Translations under genes and position numbers: made by a program
Origin: Azolla caroliniana
Lineage: Eukaryota > Plantae > Polypodiophyta
Length of the DNA stretch: 61,151 bases
Assembly (NCBI GenBank): GCA_043228905.1
Contig: JBHGNT010000175.1
Coordinates: 1 to 61,151 of the forward strand
Direction of reading: 5' to 3'
Part shown: positions 56,601 through 61,151 of the stretch, piece by piece
Position numbering within the stretch: the stretch's first letter is position 1
How the letters are laid out: every line of letters begins with the position of its first letter
The notes under the pieces: model-generated
What the model was told of the DNA's origin: nothing
Database searches by the model: none
The model's input: the letters and a program-made list of their open reading frames with translations, nothing else

Positions 56601-58000
56601 ACATTTTAATTTACTCAAGGGCTCCTCTGAACTCCCTCCTCATGTTTGGTAATTTCGTCATGTCTCTCGACCTGAGTTTCAAAATCTTGATTTTTTAATT
56701 CCATATCATAGCTAGCATTGTTAGCTTCGATTCGCATGTTTGAACACAAAAATCCGATATCACACGAGCCAGGTATGAACATTTTAATTTACCTACAAGC
56801 TCTTCCCAACTCACTCCTCAAATTTGGTAATTTCGTCATATCTCTCGACCTGAGTTTCAAAATCTTGATTTTTTAATTCCATATCATAGCTAGCGTTGTT
56901 AGCTTCGATTCCCATGCTTGAACACAAAAATCCGATATCACACGAGCCAGGTATGAACATTTTAATTTACTCAAGGGCTCCTCTGAACTCCCTCCTCATG
57001 TTTGGTAATTTCGTCATGTCTCTCGACCTGAGTTTCAAAATCTTGATTTTTTAATTCCATATCATAGCTAGCGTTGTTAGCTTCGATTCGCATGCTTGAA
57101 CACAAAAATCCGATATCACACGAGCCAGGTATGAACATTTTAATTTACTCAAGGGCTCCTCTGAACTCCCTCCTCATGTTTGGTAATTTCGTCATGTCTC
57201 TCGACCTGAGTTTCAAAATCTTGATTTTTTAATTCCATATCATAGCTAGCATTGTTAGCTTCGATTCGCATGTTTGAACACAAAAATCCGATATCACACG
57301 AGCCAGGTATGAACATTTTAATTTACCTACTAGCTCTTCCCAACTCACTCCTCAAATTTGGTAATTTCGTCATGTCTCTCGACCTGAGTTTCAAAATCTT
57401 GATTTTTTAATTCCATATCATAGCTAGCATTGTTAGCTTCGATTCGCATGTTTGAACACAAAAATCCGATATCACACGAGCCAGGTATGAACATTTTAAT
57501 TTACCTACAAGCTCTTCCCAACTCACTCCTCAAATTTGGTAATTTCGTCATATCTCTCGACCTGAGTTTCAAAATCTTGATTTTTTAATTCCATATCATA
57601 GCTAGCGTTGTTAGCTTCGATTCGCATGCTTGAACACAAAAATCCGATATCACACTCCCCAGGTATGAACATTTTAATTTACTCAAGGGCTCCTCTGAAC
57701 TCCCTGCTCATGTTTGGTAATTTCGTCATGTCTCTCGACCTGAGTTTCAAAATCTTGATTTTTTAATTCCATATCATAGCTAGCATTGTTAGCTTCGATT
57801 CGCATGTTTGAACACAAAAATCCGATATCACACGAGCCAGGTATGAACATTTTAATTTACCTACAAGCTCTTCCCAACTCACTCCTCAAATTTGGGAATT
57901 TCGTCATATCTCTCGACCTGAATTTCAAAATCTTGATTTTTTAATTCCATATCATAGCTAGCGTTGTTAGCTTCGATTCGCATGCTTGAACACAGAAATC
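53700..58000 (+). repeat. Second, different 12-monomer duplication (2136 bp), overlapping a 7-mer duplication
   Basis: GATTCCCATG at 53525, 54771 and 56907 (+1246, +2136). The G of CCCTGCTC is at 55570/57706, and TTTGGGAATTT is at about 55760/57896. Confidence 0.83.
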
Positions 58001-61000
58001 CGATATCACACTCCCCAGGTATGAACATTTTAATTTACTCAAGGGCTCCTCTGAACTCCCTCCTCATGTTTGGTAATTTCGTCATGTCTCTCGACCTGAG
58101 TTTCAAAATCTTGATTTTTTAATTCCATATCATAGCTAGCATTGTTAGCTTCGATTCGCATGTTTGAACACAAAAATCCGATATCACACGAGCCAGGTAT
58201 GAACATTTTAATTTACCTACAAGCTCTTCCCAACTCACTCCTCAAATTTGGTAATTTCGTCATATCTCTCGACCTGAGTTTCAAAATCTTGATTTTTTAA
58301 TTCCATATCATAGCTAGCGTTGTTAGCTTCGATTCGCATGTTTGAACACAAAAATCCGATATCACACGAGCCAGGTATGAACATTTTAATTTACCTACAA
58401 GCTCTTCCCAACTCACTCCTCAAATTTGGTAATTTCGTCATATCTCTCGACCTGAGTTTCAAAATCTTGATTTTTTAATTCCATATCATAGCTAGCGTTG
58501 TTAGCTTCGATTCCCATGCTTGAACACAAAAATCCGATATCACACGAGCCAGGTATGAACATTTTAATTTACCTAAGGGCTCCTCTGAACTCCCTCCTCA
58601 TGTTTGGTAATTTCGTCATGTCTCTCGACCTGAGTTTCAAAATCTTGATTTTTTAATTCCATAACATAGCTAGCGTTGTTAGCTTCGATTCGCATGTTTG
58701 AACACAAAAATCCGTTATCACACGAGCCAGGTATGAACATTTTAATTTACTCAAGGGCTCCTCTGAACTCCCTCCTCAAATTTGGTAATTTCGTCATGTC
58801 TCTCGACCTGAGTTTCAAAATCTTGATTTTTTAATTCCATATCATAGCTAGCGTTGTTAGCTTCGATTCCCATGCTTGAACACAAAAATCCGATATCACA
58901 CGAGCCAGGTATGAACATTTTAATTTACTCAAGGGCTCCTCTGAACTCCCTCCTCATGTTTGGTAATTTCGTCATGTCTCTCGACCTGAGTTTCAAAATC
59001 TTGATTTTTTAATTCCATATCATAGCTAGCGTTGTTAGCTTCGATTCGCATGCTTGAACACAAAAATCCGATATCACACGAGCCAGGTATGAACATTTTA
59101 ATTTACTCAAGGGCTCCTCTGAACTCCCTCCTCATGTTTGGTAATTTCGTCATGTCTCTCGACCTGAGTTTCAAAATCTTGATTTTTTAATTCCATATCA
59201 TAGCTAGCATTGTTAGCTTCGATTCGCATGTTTGAACACAAAAATCCGATATCACACGAGCCAGGTATGAACATTTTAATTTACCTACTAGCTCTTCCCA
59301 ACTCACTCCTCAAATTTGGTAATTTCGTCATGTCTCTCGACCTGAGTTTCAAAATCTTGATTTTTTAATTCCATATCATAGCTAGCATTGTTAGCTTCGA
59401 TTCGCATGTTTGAACACAAAAATCCGATATCACACGAGCCAGGTATGAACATTTTAATTTACCTACAAGCTCTTCCCAACTCACTCCTCAAATTTGGTAA
59501 TTTCGTCATGTCTCTCGACCTGAGTTTCAAAATCTTGATTTTTTAATTCCATATCATAGCTAGCATTGTTAGCTTCGATTCGCATGTTTGAACACAAAAA
59601 TCCGATATCACACGAGCCAGGTATGAACATTTTAATTTACCTACAAGCCCTTCCCAACTCACTCCTCAAATTTGGTAATTTCGTCATGTCTCTCGACCTG
59701 AGTTTCAAAATCTTGATTTTTTAATTCCATATCATAGCTAGCATTGTTAGCTTCGATTCGCATGTTTGAACACAAAAATCCGATATCACACGAGCCAGGT
59801 ATGAACATTTTAATTTACCTACAAGCTCTTCCCAACTCACTCCTCAAATTTGGTAATTTCGTCATATCTCTCGACCTGAATTTCAAAATCTTGATTTTTT
59901 AATTCCATATCATAGCTAGCGTTGTTAGCTTCGATTCGCATGCTTGAACACAGAAATCCGATATCACACTCCCCAGGTATGAACATTTTAATTTACTCAA
60001 GGGCTCCTCTGAACTCCCTCCTCATGTTTGGTAATTTCGTCATGTCTCTCGACCTGAGTTTCAAAATCTTGATTTTTTAATTCCATATCATAGCTAGCAT
60101 TGTTAGCTTCGATTCGCATGTTTGAACACAAAAATCCGATATCACACGAGCCAGGTATGAACATTTTAATTTACCTACAAGCTCTTCCCAACTCACTCCT
60201 CAAATTTGGTAATTTCGTCATATCTCTCGACCTGAGTTTCAAAATCTTGATTTTTTAATTCCATATCATAGCTAGCGTTGTTAGCTTCGATTCCCATGCT
60301 TGAACACAAAAATCCGATATCACACGAGCCAGGTATGAACATTTTAATTTACTCAAGGGCTCCTCTGAACTCCCTCCTCATGTTTGGTAATTTCGTCATG
60401 TCTCTCGACCTGAGTTTCAAAATCTTGATTTTTTAATTCCATATCATAGCTAGCGTTGTTAGCTTCGATTCGCATGCTTGAACACAAAAATCCGATATCA
60501 CACGAGCCAGGTATGAACATTTTAATTTACTCAAGGGCTCCTCTGAACTCCCTCCTCATGTTTGGTAATTTCGTCATGTCTCTCGACCTGAGTTTCAAAA
60601 TCTTGATTTTTTAATTCCATATCATAGCTAGCATTGTTAGCTTCGATTCGCATGTTTGAACACAAAAATCCGATATCACACGAGCCAGGTATGAACATTT
60701 TAATTTACCTACAAGCTCTTCCCAACTCACTCCTCAAATTTGGTAATTTCGTCATATCTCTCGACCTGAGTTTCAAAATCTTGATTTTTTAATTCCATAT
60801 CATAGCTAGCATTGTTAGCTTCGATTCGCGTGCTTCAACACAGAAATCCGATATCACACGAGCCAGGTATGAACATTTTAATTTACTCAAGGGCTCCTCT
60901 GAACTCCCTCCTCATGTTTGGTAATTTCGTCATGTCTCTTGACCTGAGTTTCAAAATCTTGATTTTTTAATTCCATATCGTAGCTAGCGTTGTTAGCTTC

Positions 61001-61151
61001 GATTCGCATGTTTGAACACAAAAATCCGATATCACACGAGCCAAGTATGAACATTTTAATTTATCAACGAGCTCTTCCCAACTCACTCCTCAAATTTGGT
61101 AATTTCGTCATGTCTCTCGACCTGAGTTTCAAAATCTTTATTTTTTAATTC

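Larger units (their letters stand above)
16308..60807 (+). repeat. Homogeneous core domain of 250 monomers with its own diagnostic variants
   Basis: TTTAGTCAAGGG, ACAAGCCCTTCCC, AACGCAAAA...CGAACCAGG and GATTCCCATG were seen only here. The GCGTGCTTCAAC and ATCAACGAG variants were seen only outside (visual scan). Confidence 0.75.
1..61151. repeat. 178-bp tandem satellite DNA array (~344 monomers, one orientation), probably centromeric/pericentromeric, family not identified
   Basis: The monomer AGCGTTGTTAGCTTCGATTCGCATGTTTGAACACAAAAATCCGATATCACACGAGCCAGGTATGAACATTTTAATTTAC-[30-bp box]-TTTGGTAATTTCGTCATGTCTCTCGACCTGAGTTTCAAAATCTTGATTTTTTAATTCCATATCATAGCT restarts at 1, 179, 357 and so on. The start at 5272 equals 1+30x178-69, and the start at 60986 equals 5272+313x178 exactly. 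The centromeric role is inferred only from the nucleosome-sized monomer, homogeneity and HOR structure. Confidence 0.98.

Noticed and set aside
1-61151. CRISPR-like or cassette-array interpretation (constant 148 bp plus variable 30 bp)
   Set aside because: The variable part has only two homologous states with minor alleles rather than unique spacers. The constant part is far longer than CRISPR repeats, and there is no cas, integrase, recombinase or leader sequence.
1-61151. Tandem RNA gene array (5S, tRNA, snRNA, SL RNA)
   Set aside because: I recognise no 5S, tRNA or snRNA sequence or cloverleaf. The T6 run alone is insufficient. An Rfam/Infernal scan would settle it.
1-61151. Transposon insertion, strand inversion or telomeric repeat within the array
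   Set aside because: Register and orientation are continuous throughout and no non-satellite sequence was seen.

Overview
The whole 61,151-bp window is one uninterrupted, single-orientation, head-to-tail tandem array of a 178-bp AT-rich satellite: 343 complete monomers plus a 166-bp partial. It is most plausibly eukaryotic centromeric or pericentromeric satellite DNA, but I do not recognise the family or organism. I found no credible genes, RNA genes, transposons or CRISPR arrays, and the listed ORFs are by-products of satellite variants. The informative signal is internal. (1) Two monomer classes (A and B) differ at 11 sites inside one 30-bp box, while the rest of the monomer is nearly invariant. 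(2) Local higher-order repeats change period along the array (11, 17, 5, 7, 19, 29, 25, 12 monomers). (3) A very homogeneous ~44.5-kb core is bracketed on both sides by the same older monomer variants. (4) Several mutations have a readable mechanism: a microhomology deletion plus duplication, an intra-monomer templated conversion, and a duplication breakpoint resolvable to about 2 bp. Only three length-changing monomers were found (-21, -21, -27 bp), all in the first 3.9 kb. All variant tallies were made by eye and should be confirmed computationally. I see no evidence of a novel protein-coding system.
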